In this document: positions 37,894 through 47,734 of the stretch, piece after piece | Layout of the letters: each line of letters starts with the position of its first letter | How positions within the stretch are numbered: position 1 is the first letter of the stretch | NCBI GenBank assembly: GCA_017882905.1 | Contig: JADGOO010000106.1 | Span: 3,498 to 67,497 of the forward strand | Direction of reading: 5' to 3' | From: Acidimicrobiia bacterium | Lineage (GTDB): Bacteria; Actinomycetota; Acidimicrobiia; IMCC26256; PALSA-610 | Length of the DNA: 64,000 bases | Notes under the pieces: generated by a model | What the model saw: the letters and a program-made list of their open reading frames with translations, nothing else | Databases searched by the model: none | Told to the model about the DNA's origin: nothing | Translations under genes and position numbers: made by a program

Positions 37894-39537
37894 ATGGCGA
37901 CCCTCGAACGCCCGCTCGCCGCGCTCGGGGCCACGGATCTGCGCCGCGCGGTGGAAGTCTTCCGCGACGCGCTCCGCGTCCACCAAGACGAGCTCAACCG
38001 GTTGAACGTCTACCCGGTCCCCGACGGCGACACGGGTACCAACATGGCGCTCACGCTCGAGTCGGTGTGCACCGAGCTGCGCACCGCCGAGGCGATGCCC
38101 GAGGTGTGCCGTGCGATCAGCCGTGGCTCCCTGATGGGCGCCCGCGGCAACTCGGGGGTCATCACGAGCCAGATCCTGCGGGGGATCTGCGATGTGTTCG
38201 CGCCGCTCACCGAGATCGGCCCCGCCGACGTGGTCCGGGCTCTGCGCACCGCGGCCGACGCCGCGTACCAAGCCGTGCTCCGGCCGGTGGAGGGCACGAT
38301 CCTCACCGTCGTGCGCGAGACCGCCGAAGCCGTGGAGGCGATGACGAACGCGAGCCTCGCCGACATGATGGAGGCCGCGACCGACGCCGCCGCGCGTGCC
38401 GTGGAGCGCACGCCCGAGTTGTTACCCGTGTTGCGTGCGGCCGGCGTGGTCGACGCAGGCGGCAAGGGCTTCACGTTGCTCATCGCCGCGCTCGCCCACG
38501 TGATCGACGGTCGCGAGCTCCCGCAGCCGGAAGTGGTGTCGACACCTGCCGCCGTGGAGCGTCACTTGGCCGGCGACGACGTCTCGTTGCTGCGCTACGA
38601 AGTCATGTACCTGCTCGACGCACCCGACGACACGCTGCACGCGTTCCGCGACACGTGGGGCGCGATCGGCGACTCGATCGTGGTCGTGGGCGGCGAAGGC
38701 ATGTGGAACTGCCACATCCACACGAACGACATCGGCGCCGCGATCGAAGCCGGCATCCAGGCCGGCCGGCCCTACGAGATCCGCGTCACCGACCTCATCG
38801 AACAGGCCCACGACGAAGAGGCGCGCTGGGTGCGCGACGCACCGATCACAGCCGCGGGCTCCGGCGAGCTCCCGGCGGTCACCACGGCCGTCGTAGCGGT
38901 TGGCGTCGGCGACGGGCTGCGGCGCTTGCTGCACGGCCTCGGTGTGCAGCAAGTGGTGGCAGGTGGGCAGTCGATGAACCCCTCGACGGCGCAGATCCTC
39001 GAGGCGGTCGAGGCGTGCAACGCCGACTCGGTGATCGTGCTGCCGAACAACAAGAACATCGTGCCCGTCGCGCGTCAGGTCGACGCGCTGAGCGACAAAC
39101 ACGTCGAGGTGGTGCCCACCACATCGGTCGTCGAGGCGCTGGCCGCGCTCGTTGCCTACGACCCGGACGAGGCGATCGGACCCAACACGGCCGCCCTCAC
39201 CGAGGCCGTCACCCGCGTGCGCGCCGGTGAGGTCACCCAGGCGGTGCGCGATGCCGTCGCCGAGTGCGGGCCCGTGCACGAAGGCGACTGGCTCGCGATC
39301 GCGCGCGACGGCGGCATCGTGGCCACCGCCGCCGACGCGGCAGGTGCGTGCACAGCGCTGCTCGACCACATCGTCGACGACGACTGCGAGATCGTCACGC
39401 TCCTCGTCGGCAGCGACGCCCACGCGGCCGAGACCGAGCGGATCCGGGCCCATCTGCGGCTCGCGCACCCGAACGTGGAGTGCGAGTGCCACGAAGGTGG
39501 CCAGCCGCTCTACCCGTATCTCGTCGGCGTCGAGTAG
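37894..39537 (+). CDS. DAK2-domain fatty acid kinase subunit (FakA/YloV-like)
   Basis: LNVYPVPDGDTGTNM, GARGNSGVI, VVDAGG, GGQSMNPST, LPNNKN, HEGGQP. Confidence 0.93.
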   Translation: MATLERPLAALGATDLRRAVEVFRDALRVHQDELNRLNVYPVPDGDTGTNMALTLESVCTELRTAEAMPEVCRAISRGSLMGARGNSGVITSQILRGICDVFAPLTEIGPADVVRALRTAADAAYQAVLRPVEGTILTVVRETAEAVEAMTNASLADMMEAATDAAARAVERTPELLPVLRAAGVVDAGGKGFTLLIAALAHVIDGRELPQPEVVSTPAAVERHLAGDDVSLLRYEVMYLLDAPDDTLHAFRDTWGAIGDSIVVVGGEGMWNCHIHTNDIGAAIEAGIQAGRPYEIRVTDLIEQAHDEEARWVRDAPITAAGSGELPAVTTAVVAVGVGDGLRRLLHGLGVQQVVAGGQSMNPSTAQILEAVEACNADSVIVLPNNKNIVPVARQVDALSDKHVEVVPTTSVVEALAALVAYDPDEAIGPNTAALTEAVTRVRAGEVTQAVRDAVAECGPVHEGDWLAIARDGGIVATAADAAGACTALLDHIVDDDCEIVTLLVGSDAHAAETERIRAHLRLAHPNVECECHEGGQPLYPYLVGVE

Positions 39538-39559
39538 CGGCTCAACCCCACAACTGCGG

Positions 39560-40021
39560 TCAGGCGCGGGGCGCGAGCTCGTCGCGCAGCGCCTCGAAGG
39601 CACCGGGTGGCTGTCGATTGTTGCGGATGCGCAGCCGTGTGCCGTCTTGCAGCCCAACGGTGAACGACGCCTGACCGTGGTGGAGCGCCGACCGCATCGG
39701 CCATTGCGCCTGGCGTTCGGTGACCGGTCCGACGGCCGTGATCTCGTCCCAACCGTGACGCACCCATTGCCGGTTCCGTCGCACCGCGATGCCTTCGGGC
39801 TCGAGTCGCACGCGCCGGGCCATCGACATGCTGTTCGCCACGGCGATGCCCACGAGTGCGGCGGCCGCGAGCAGCGGGAGCGTGAGCAGCGCGATGCCCA
39901 CGTTGGCGGCCGCGACCTGCCCGACGAACAGGGCCAGCGCCACGACACCGAACGTGATCGAGATGCCGGGCGGCGTGTCGCGCAGCTGCACGTCGAGGCC
40001 CTCGGTGTCGACGCGCTCCAT
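39560..40021 (-). CDS. Hypothetical 2-TM protein with PH-like C-terminus
   Basis: Two TMs, then VRLEPEGIAVR...WDEITAV; fills the fakA-recG gap. Confidence 0.55.
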   Translation of the reverse strand: MERVDTEGLDVQLRDTPPGISITFGVVALALFVGQVAAANVGIALLTLPLLAAAALVGIAVANSMSMARRVRLEPEGIAVRRNRQWVRHGWDEITAVGPVTERQAQWPMRSALHHGQASFTVGLQDGTRLRIRNNRQPPGAFEALRDELAPRA

Positions 40022-40103
40022 CACGCCGACCGTATCCGCGGCGAGCAACGCCGACAGCGGGGCTCGCTCGACCGGCCGTCCCGCCCGGTTAGCCTCCTCG
40101 CGC

Positions 40104-42260
40104 ATGCCGGGCGAGCCGCTCACACTGCGCGAGCTCGCGGGCCGGCCGGTGAGCGACCTGCAGGGCGTCGGACCGAAGCTCGAAGAGAAGCTCGCGATGC
40201 TCGGCATCACGACCGTGCTCGACCTGCTCCAGCACTACCCGCGTCGCTATGTCGACCGCACGCACCGCGCCGACATCGCCGAGCTCACCGTGGGCGACGA
40301 AGCGACGGTGGTGGGCGAGGTGCGGCGGGTGAACGCGCGGCGCACGCGCAACGGCAAGGCACTCGTCGAGGTGACCGTGAGCGACGGTACGTCGATGTTG
40401 CCGATCACGTTCTTCAATCAGGCGTGGCGCGAGCGCCAGCTCTCGGTCGGCACAGAGGCGGCGTTCTTCGGCAAGCTCGACGTGTACCAGGGGAAGCGCA
40501 AGATGACGAACCCCGTCGTCGACGTGATCGGCCGCGCCGGAGAAGGCGACGAGCGCACCGGCGTGGTCGTGCCGATCTACCCCCAGAGCGGCAAGGCCGA
40601 GGTGTACACGTGGGAGCTGCGCAAGCTCGTCACGCAGGTGTTGCGCCGTTGCGAGCCGCGCGGCTTCGCCGACCCGCTCCCCGAAGGTGTGCTCGACGCT
40701 CGCGATCTCGTCGACCGCAACACCGCGTATCGCGCCGTGCACCAGCCGTCGAGCACGCCCGAAGCGCACGCTGCACGCCACCGGCTCAAGTTCGACGAGT
40801 TCCTGCGCCTCCAGACCGGGCTCGTGGCGCGCAAGCGAGCGATGGAGCGCACCGAAGAGGGGATCGCGCACCACGTCGACGGCCACCTCGTGCGCGCGTT
40901 TCGTGAGCAGCTCCCGTTCCCGCTCACGGGTGACCAGCGCGACGCCATCGCAGAGATCGACGCCGATCTGGCGCGCGCCGCGCCGATGCACCGACTCCTG
41001 CAGGGCGACGTTGGCTCCGGCAAGACGGTGGTGGCGCTGCACACGCTGCTCGTCGCGGTGCAGGGCGGCTACCAGGGCGCACTGATGGCGCCCACGGAGG
41101 TGCTGGCGGAGCAGCACTTCTTGTCGGCCCGCAGCTTCCTGCACGGGCTCACGGTGAGCGGCGAGGGCGGCGCCTCGCTGTTCGCGGAGCGACCGCTCGG
41201 GATCGCACTGCTCACCAACCGAACGACCGCAGCCGAGCGCCGCGAGCTCACGCGCGGCCTGGCCGACGGCACCATCGACATCGTCGTCGGTACGCACGCC
41301 CTGCTCTACGACACGGCCGAGTTCCGTGCTCTCGGCGTCGCCGTGATCGACGAGCAACACCGCTTCGGCGTGGAGCAGCGATCGTGGTTGCGCGAACGCG
41401 CGAGCCAGACCCAGATCCCCGACGTGCTCGTGCTGACCGCCACGCCGATCCCGCGCACTGCCGCCATGCTCGTCTACGGCGACCTCGACAAGAGCGAGCT
41501 GCGCGAGATGCCGCCCGGTCGCACGCCGATCGTCACCGAGGTGATCGGACCCGAGCCCCTCGACCGCGAGCGTGCCTATCAGCGCCTCCGCGACGAGGTC
41601 GCCGTCGGTCACCAGGCCTACGTCGTCTGCCCGCTCGTGGAAGGCTCCGACAAGGTGCAGGCCAAGGCGGTGACGGCGGAGTTCGAACGACTCGGCCACG
41701 AAGACCTCGCCACCCTGCGCCTCGGGTTGCTGCACGGCCAGCTGCCGTCACGCGAGAAGGAGGCCGTGATGGCCGAGTTCCGCTCGGGGGCGCTCGATGC
41801 GCTGGTATCGACGACTGTGATCGAAGTCGGAGTCGACGTCCCCAACGCCACCGTGATGATCGTGGAGGACGCCGATCGCTTCGGGTTGTCGCAACTGCAC
41901 CAGCTGCGCGGCCGTGTCGGTCGCGGCGGCGCGCAGTCGTGGTGCTTCCTGTTCGCCGACCCCGGCACCGATGAAGGCCGTGAGCGCATGGACGCCATGG
42001 CCGCCTCCACCGACGGGTTCGAGCTCGCCGAGCGCGACCTCGAGATCCGCGGCGCGGGCGAGGTGTTCGGCGAGCGCCAATCGGGGCTGAGCGACCTCAA
42101 GCTCGGGCGCATCCCGCGCGACGCCGACATCGTGGCCGATGCGCGCGTCGTGGCCGAAGCGATCCTCGACGCCGACCCCACGCTCGAGCGCCACCGAGAC
42201 CTCGCCGACGAGGTCCACGATCTGCTTGGCGACCAGGTCGCCATGCTGTTCAAGAGCTGA
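40104..42260 (+). CDS. recG: ATP-dependent DNA helicase RecG
   Basis: GVGPK, LLQGDVGSGKT, DEQHRFG, TATPIPRT, QLHQLRGRVGRG, DGF..AE.DL..RG.G. Confidence 0.97.
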   Translation: MPGEPLTLRELAGRPVSDLQGVGPKLEEKLAMLGITTVLDLLQHYPRRYVDRTHRADIAELTVGDEATVVGEVRRVNARRTRNGKALVEVTVSDGTSMLPITFFNQAWRERQLSVGTEAAFFGKLDVYQGKRKMTNPVVDVIGRAGEGDERTGVVVPIYPQSGKAEVYTWELRKLVTQVLRRCEPRGFADPLPEGVLDARDLVDRNTAYRAVHQPSSTPEAHAARHRLKFDEFLRLQTGLVARKRAMERTEEGIAHHVDGHLVRAFREQLPFPLTGDQRDAIAEIDADLARAAPMHRLLQGDVGSGKTVVALHTLLVAVQGGYQGALMAPTEVLAEQHFLSARSFLHGLTVSGEGGASLFAERPLGIALLTNRTTAAERRELTRGLADGTIDIVVGTHALLYDTAEFRALGVAVIDEQHRFGVEQRSWLRERASQTQIPDVLVLTATPIPRTAAMLVYGDLDKSELREMPPGRTPIVTEVIGPEPLDRERAYQRLRDEVAVGHQAYVVCPLVEGSDKVQAKAVTAEFERLGHEDLATLRLGLLHGQLPSREKEAVMAEFRSGALDALVSTTVIEVGVDVPNATVMIVEDADRFGLSQLHQLRGRVGRGGAQSWCFLFADPGTDEGRERMDAMAASTDGFELAERDLEIRGAGEVFGERQSGLSDLKLGRIPRDADIVADARVVAEAILDADPTLERHRDLADEVHDLLGDQVAMLFKS

Positions 42261-42266
42261 GCGCTG

Positions 42267-42848
42267 GTGGCCCCCCAACCTCCTCGCATCGTGGCCGGCC
42301 ACGCCCGTGGCCGGCGCCTCAGCGTGCCCCCGGGCGCGCAGGTCCGGCCCACCAAGGATCGGGTCAAAGAGGCGGTGTTCTCGGCGCTCGACGCGCGCGG
42401 CCTGCTCCTCGACGCCGTGGTTGCCGACGTGTGCGCCGGGTCGGGCGCGCTCGGGCTCGAAGCCCTCTCCCGGGGCGCGTCGGCCGCGACCTTCGTGGAG
42501 CGCGACCTGCTGGCGCTCGGGTCGCTGCGCGCCAACGTGAAGGCGATCGCCGAGGCGGGCACGGCCACGGTGGTGGCGAGCGACGCCTTGGCCTTCCTGG
42601 GGTCGGGTGGCGCGCCACGCAGCACCTTCGATCTGGTCTTCGTCGACCCGCCGTACTCCACCGGTGGCGCCGACCGTGACGCGCTGGTCGCGGCCGCGGC
42701 GACGCGTGCTCCCGGCGGCACGGTCGTGCTCGAGACGGCGGCCACGGGCGCGGCTCCGGAGGCGCCCGAGGGTTGGTCGGTCACGTGGGAACGCCGCTTC
42801 GGCGATACGCTCGTAGTCTTCGTACAGCCCGCCGACCAGGCCGGCTGA
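42267..42848 (+). CDS. rsmD: 16S rRNA m2G966 methyltransferase
   Basis: RIVAG..RGRRL, RPT.DRVKEA.F, AGSGALGLEALSRGA, DPPY. Confidence 0.93.
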   Translation: MAPQPPRIVAGHARGRRLSVPPGAQVRPTKDRVKEAVFSALDARGLLLDAVVADVCAGSGALGLEALSRGASAATFVERDLLALGSLRANVKAIAEAGTATVVASDALAFLGSGGAPRSTFDLVFVDPPYSTGGADRDALVAAAATRAPGGTVVLETAATGAAPEAPEGWSVTWERRFGDTLVVFVQPADQAG

Positions 42849-42853
42849 GTCGC

Positions 42854-42901
42854 CCGTTCCCTCACCGTTTCCCGAACGGTTACCCGAACTGTTTCCCGTC
42901 C
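42854..42901 (+). repeat. Four degenerate 12-nt tandem repeats
   Basis: CCGTTCCCTCAC / CGTTTCCCGAAC / GGTTACCCGAAC / TGTTTCCCGTCC. Confidence 0.6.
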
Positions 42902-42928
42902 TGTCGCCTTTCCAGTCGGAGGGACCCG

Positions 42929-43417
42929 TTGCCGATCGCCCTCTGTCCGGGCAGCTTCGATCCGGTCACGCTCGGACACATCGACATCATCGAACGGGCC
43001 GCTCGCCACTTCGACGAGATCATCGTCGCCGTGATCCGCAACCCGCAGAAGTCGCAGAGCCTGTTCAGTCTCGAGGAGCGCCAGGACCTGCTCGCCGAGT
43101 GCCTCGGCCACCTCGACAACTTCCGGATCGAGGTCTTCAAGGGCCTGCTCGTGGAGTTCGCCAAGGAGCACGGCGCCGACTCCATCGTCAAGGGCCTGCG
43201 GGCCGTCTCCGACTTCGACTACGAGCTGCAGATGGCGCAGATGAACCAGCGGCTCACGGGCATCGACACGTTCTTCTTGTCGACCAGCCCGCAGTACTCG
43301 TTCCTGTCGTCGAGTCTCGTCAAGGAGGTCGCACGCTTCGGCGGCGACGTCTCGACGATGGTGCCGCCCATCGTCGCCAAGAGGCTGCGCGACCGCTACG
43401 GCGAGGAGAACGCGTGA
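42929..43417 (+). CDS. coaD: Phosphopantetheine adenylyltransferase
   Basis: PGSFDPVTLGH, KGLRAVSDFDYE, SSSLVKE; GGAGG RBS, TTG start. Confidence 0.96.
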   Translation: MPIALCPGSFDPVTLGHIDIIERAARHFDEIIVAVIRNPQKSQSLFSLEERQDLLAECLGHLDNFRIEVFKGLLVEFAKEHGADSIVKGLRAVSDFDYELQMAQMNQRLTGIDTFFLSTSPQYSFLSSSLVKEVARFGGDVSTMVPPIVAKRLRDRYGEENA

Positions 43418-43980
43418 ACGAACCCGACGACGCCGTGTACCAGCCGCAGGTCGGCGACACCGAGGCCATCCTGCTCGAGTTGAGGGAGAAGATCGAACAG
43501 GCGGGCACGCTGCCGCTGTCGTCGTCTCCGCGTGTGAATCGCGACGAGGTGCTCGCCGAGCTCGACGACGCGCTCAACACGCTGCCGCTCGAGATCCGCG
43601 AAGCGCGCTGGATCCTCAAGGAGCGCGACGAGGTGATCGCGCGCGCCCACAAAGAGGCCGACGAGATCATCGAGGCGGCACGGGAGCGCGCGGCCCGGAT
43701 GGTCGAGCGGACCGAGGTGGTGCGCGAGGCCCGCCGCGCGGCCGACCACATCGTGACCGAGGCCGAAGATCGCGCCCGCGTGCTGCGCCTCGAAGCCGAG
43801 GACTACGTCGACCAGAAGCTGGCCGCGTTCGAGGTGGTGCTCGACCGCACCATGCAGGCGGTGCAGAAGGGTCGCGAGAAGCTCCAGGTGCACGTGGGCA
43901 CGCCGGCGCTCGCCGAACCGGTCTTCGACGCCGAGTCCGAGGCCGATCAGGCTGCGTTCTTCGACCAGGACGACTTCTGA
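43414..43980 (+). CDS. Coiled-coil DivIVA-like protein (SepIVA/Rv2927c-like)
   Basis: LP.EIREARW...AEDYVDQKLA.FE...V.KGR; conserved position after coaD. Confidence 0.75.
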   Translation: MNEPDDAVYQPQVGDTEAILLELREKIEQAGTLPLSSSPRVNRDEVLAELDDALNTLPLEIREARWILKERDEVIARAHKEADEIIEAARERAARMVERTEVVREARRAADHIVTEAEDRARVLRLEAEDYVDQKLAAFEVVLDRTMQAVQKGREKLQVHVGTPALAEPVFDAESEADQAAFFDQDDF

Positions 43981-43984
43981 GCGG

Positions 43985-45697
43985 TCAGGTCCCCGCCAAC
44001 GCTGCGCAGCTCTGCTGCGAGCGGGCGATCACCGCACTCCACGCCCGCGACTGGAAGTAGCTGCTGTCGTTGAGCTTGTCGAGCGGCACCGCATCGGTGA
44101 GGTGGTCCACGAGACAGGTCGCGAAGGTGAGTCGCAGCCGGTCGTGCGACTTGACCACATCACGAGCCGCTTCGCCGAGGATGGCGCTTCGGAAGGCGAG
44201 CAGCGCGTAGGCCGTCTTCGCTCGGTGGGTGACGAGCTTCGCCGCCGGACCCGGATCGCACGCCTGCACCGCGATCTGGTTGCCGCTCGTGGTGAACGTG
44301 GCCTTGATCGCGGGCACGGCCGTCCGCCACGCCTCGAGCTCGGTCGCCATCGTGGCCGCGGCCGACGCGTCGGTGCCCACCCATTCGAGGGCCATGCAGC
44401 TCCGGCCCGCCTGCTGGTAACGCGTGACCGAATCGCCGGCCCATCCGCCGATCGCCTGCAGCGCGGCGCGGGCGTCGCCGTGCTCGCTGAGCATGAGGTA
44501 CCAGCTGACTGCACCGAACTCGCCATCGTGGTGCACCTGCGTGGCACCCGTGAGCGCGGGCTGGGGCACCGTGACGGGTTGGCGGCCTTCGACGTACACC
44601 GACGGCTCGATCACCTGGAGCTCGTCGCGAGGAGGGTTGGCGAAAGCGGCGTCGAGCGACGACGTTCCCGGTGTCACCGCGCGCAGCACCGCCACGAACT
44701 CGGGACCGAAGTCATAGGGCCACTCTTGGTTGAGGCTCAAGACGTCGGGGACACCCTTCAGGTCGACCGAGCCGCCGAGGGCCGACTGCTGTTTGTCGTA
44801 CGCCGCCTGATCCGACTTCGACAGCGACTGCTCGTAACGGTTCTCCACGTCGACGGCGTCACCTTCGTAGAGCGCCGTCACCGCATCGGTCTGGTGGTCG
44901 GAGCCGAAGCGCTCCACCTTCTGGAGATCGAAGTGCTGGTCCTGCAGCGCATGGGTGAGCTCGTGCACCACGGTCACTCGCGTCGAGACGTCGAGGGTGG
45001 TGCCGCGGATCGTGACCTTCTTGGTGCGGTCGCTGTAGAACGCCAGCACGGTCTGGCCCTGGAGCTGGTCGTTGGCGGCGGCGAGGTCGATGTTGCCCTC
45101 CGCGAGGCCGAGCGCGCGCATGTAGCCGATCTCCGCTCGCATCTCGCGGCGCGCCGCGGCGGCCGATTGCGTCGGCGAGTCGCCGATGGTGACGAGCTTG
45201 CGGAAGGCCGCGGGGGAGAGGAAGTCGACCTCCACGGGGTGCTCGAAGGTGAGGCCGCGGGCCTGCTCGACGAAGTGCACGAGCGGCAGGACGCGGGCGT
45301 CCCACTTCGACGGGTAGGTGGGTCCGCTCGCGCGGCCCCACAGCAACGCCAGGAGCCCGCCGCCGACGGCGAGCATGATCACGAGCGGGATGACCACGGC
45401 GAACCGGCCGTGGGCCCGGCGCGGTGCGGGCGGTGCCGGCGGGGCGGGCGGGAAGGGCGGTCCCGGCGAGAAGCCCGGTCCCGGCGGGGGCCCGAACCCG
45501 GGTGCAGCCGAAGGAGGTGCTCCGAGGGGCGGTGGCGAGGCGAACGTCGGCGGCGCCATCGGTGCGCTCGAGCCGGGTGCGCCCGGGGCAGGGGAAGGGG
45601 TCGCGGCGAACGCGGCGGGCAGCGCCATCGAGCAGTGGCTGCAGTACGGGCGCCAGTCGTCGTTCGGAGCTCCACATGCCCCACACGTGGTCGTCAT
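43985..45697 (-). CDS. Membrane-anchored zincin-like protein (Zn ribbon, Pro-rich linker, TM, HExxH domain)
   Basis: CGAC...CSHC; Pro-rich stretch; TM; VHELTHALQDQHF and ALYEGDA. Confidence 0.8.
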   Translation of the reverse strand: MTTTCGACGAPNDDWRPYCSHCSMALPAAFAATPSPAPGAPGSSAPMAPPTFASPPPLGAPPSAAPGFGPPPGPGFSPGPPFPPAPPAPPAPRRAHGRFAVVIPLVIMLAVGGGLLALLWGRASGPTYPSKWDARVLPLVHFVEQARGLTFEHPVEVDFLSPAAFRKLVTIGDSPTQSAAAARREMRAEIGYMRALGLAEGNIDLAAANDQLQGQTVLAFYSDRTKKVTIRGTTLDVSTRVTVVHELTHALQDQHFDLQKVERFGSDHQTDAVTALYEGDAVDVENRYEQSLSKSDQAAYDKQQSALGGSVDLKGVPDVLSLNQEWPYDFGPEFVAVLRAVTPGTSSLDAAFANPPRDELQVIEPSVYVEGRQPVTVPQPALTGATQVHHDGEFGAVSWYLMLSEHGDARAALQAIGGWAGDSVTRYQQAGRSCMALEWVGTDASAAATMATELEAWRTAVPAIKATFTTSGNQIAVQACDPGPAAKLVTHRAKTAYALLAFRSAILGEAARDVVKSHDRLRLTFATCLVDHLTDAVPLDKLNDSSYFQSRAWSAVIARSQQSCAALAGT

Positions 45698-46002
45698 TGA
45701 GAACGCTTGCCTCTCCTCGGGGCCGGCCTGGAGGGCGGCTGGCCTGCTAAGATGCCTCTCACCTCGCGGCCCGGCGGCTACCGTGCCGGCCCGTGTTCGG
45801 TTCTGTGGTGCGTCCGGTGTCCCGCCGGACATCTCGTGCCGTCGCTCGCCGTTGGCGCCGGCGCAGCGCCACCGCGCGGAGCCGGGCAACGGGATGCAGG
45901 AGCCGCCCGGACAGCCCGACATCGCCACGATCCACCCGGCCGACCCTCTGTTCATCGGCATGCCGGGCCCCCGCCGTACACCGATCCGAGCAACGAGCCC
46001 CG

Positions 46003-46509
46003 ATGACCAACTCCGATCCCTGGCGCGTCCCGGTCACCGATCTGCTGTCGCGGATCGGCGCCCAGCGCGCGGTCGAGATCTCCGCGCCCGCCGGCGAGCT
46101 CGGTACGGGGGCGGCCACGGTCAGCGACGGTACGCCCGTCGAGCTCGAAGTGCTGCTCGAACGGGTCCCGGAAGGCATCGTCGCCCGGGGCCGCGTCCAC
46201 GCCACCTGGCGAGCCGAGTGCAGCCGCTGCCTCGCCCCCGCGACCGGCGAGATCACCGTCGGAGTCGACGAGCTGTTCGAGCGCGAGCCGGTGCCCGGTG
46301 AGACCTACCCGCTGACGGCCGAGGCCCTCGACCTCGAACCGCTCGTGCGCGATGCCATCGTGCTCGAGCTGCCGGGCGCGCCGTTGTGCCGCGACGACTG
46401 CGCCGGACTGTGCGCAGTGTGCGGCGTTGACCACAACCTCGTCACGTGCGACTGCACGGTCGACGAATCCGACCCGCGCTGGGCGGCCCTCGGGTCGCTC
46501 GAGCTCTGA
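46003..46509 (+). CDS. YceD/DUF177 family protein
   Basis: ECSRCL, LDLEPLVRD, PLCRDDCAGLCAVCG, DPRWAAL. Confidence 0.92.
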   Translation: MTNSDPWRVPVTDLLSRIGAQRAVEISAPAGELGTGAATVSDGTPVELEVLLERVPEGIVARGRVHATWRAECSRCLAPATGEITVGVDELFEREPVPGETYPLTAEALDLEPLVRDAIVLELPGAPLCRDDCAGLCAVCGVDHNLVTCDCTVDESDPRWAALGSLEL

Positions 46510-46533
46510 AGCGGCCCGAACAGGAGCATTGCG

Positions 46534-46713
46534 ATGCCCGTCCCGAAGCGGAAACTGACCCGGTCGCGCACTCGGTCGCGCCGGTCGGCGAACTTGCGCC
46601 TGGAGCCCGCGGCGCACTCGCTGTGCCCGAACTGCGGTAACTCGAAGCTGCCCCACACCGTCTGCGCGAACTGCGGGTGGTACCGCGGTCGCCAGGTCAT
46701 CGACGTCGAGTAG
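46534..46713 (+). CDS. rpmF: 50S ribosomal protein L32 (not in the ORF track)
   Basis: MPVPKRKLTRSRTRSRR...CPNCG..KLPHTVCANCGWYRGRQV; AGGAG RBS. Confidence 0.96.
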   Translation: MPVPKRKLTRSRTRSRRSANLRLEPAAHSLCPNCGNSKLPHTVCANCGWYRGRQVIDVE

Positions 46714-46729
46714 CGGCGGAGCTGCGGCG

Positions 46730-47731
46730 TTGCGTCCGGTCATCGCGATCGACGCGATGGGCGGTGATCGCGCGCCCCACGAGATCGTGGCCGGCGCGCT
46801 GGCGGCGCGCGACGCCGTGGGTGTCGACGTGCTGCTCGTCGGCGACGACGCCGCGGTCCGCGCCGAGCTGCCCGGTGGCGAACCTCCCGCCGGCGTGAGC
46901 CTGCTGGCCACCACCGAAGTCATCGCCATGCACGAAGACCCCGCCGCGGCGGTACGGGCCAAGCGCGACAGCTCGATCGTGCGCGCCGCCGAGGTCGTGC
47001 GTGACGGCCGGGCCCACGCCTTCGTGGGCGCAGGCAACACCGGCGCCACGATGGCCGCCGCGCTGTTGCGCTTCGGCCGCATTCGGGGCGCGGCCCGCCC
47101 GGCGATCGCCGTGCCGATCCCGATCGCCGGATCCGCTCGCCGCCAGCTGCTCGTCGACGGCGGCGCCACCGTCGATCCGCAACCTGAGTGGCTCGTGCAG
47201 TGGGCACATCTCGGTCGCGCCTACGCCCGGCTGCGCCTCGGCGTCGAGAACCCCACGGTCGGGCTCCTGTCGAACGGCGAGGAAGCGGGTAAGGGCGATG
47301 CGCTGCGCAAGGCCGCGTACGCACGCTTCGAAGCCGAGGTGCCGGAGTTCGTCGGCAACGTGGAAGGCCGCGACCTGTCGCGTGTCGCGGCCGACGTGAT
47401 CGTCACCGACGGTTTCACGGGCAACGTCGCGCTGAAGACGATCGAGGGGGCGATGATGGGCATCGCCGGGCTGGTGTTCTCCGTGCTCGACGAACCCGAC
47501 TTCGCCGAGATCTCCGGGCCCATCAAGCTGCGCCTCCTCGAAGCCGCGTCCGATCTGCTCCCCGACAACACGGGTGGGGCGCTGCTGCTTGGTGTCCAAG
47601 GCGTCTGCGTGATCTCGCACGGGTCGTCGTCGGCGAACGCGATCGTGAACGCGGTGCGCGTGGCTGCCGCGTGCGTGGAAGCCGATGTCGTCGAATCGCT
47701 CGCCGGCTCGTTGCGCCGAGCGGCGGTCTAG
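46730..47731 (+). CDS. plsX: Phosphate acyltransferase PlsX
   Basis: IAIDAMGGD.AP, AGNTGA, NGEEAGKG, GNVEG, DGFTGN, HGSS. Confidence 0.96.
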   Translation: MRPVIAIDAMGGDRAPHEIVAGALAARDAVGVDVLLVGDDAAVRAELPGGEPPAGVSLLATTEVIAMHEDPAAAVRAKRDSSIVRAAEVVRDGRAHAFVGAGNTGATMAAALLRFGRIRGAARPAIAVPIPIAGSARRQLLVDGGATVDPQPEWLVQWAHLGRAYARLRLGVENPTVGLLSNGEEAGKGDALRKAAYARFEAEVPEFVGNVEGRDLSRVAADVIVTDGFTGNVALKTIEGAMMGIAGLVFSVLDEPDFAEISGPIKLRLLEAASDLLPDNTGGALLLGVQGVCVISHGSSSANAIVNAVRVAAACVEADVVESLAGSLRRAAV

Positions 47732-47734
47732 GCG

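Noticed and set aside
42854-42901. CRISPR array or LexA box
   Set aside because: Units are 12 nt with no spacers and no cas genes; there is no CGAAC-N4-GTTCG spacing.
45698-46002. SRP RNA, RNase P RNA or tmRNA in the long intergenic gap
   Set aside because: None of their conserved sequence motifs is visible.
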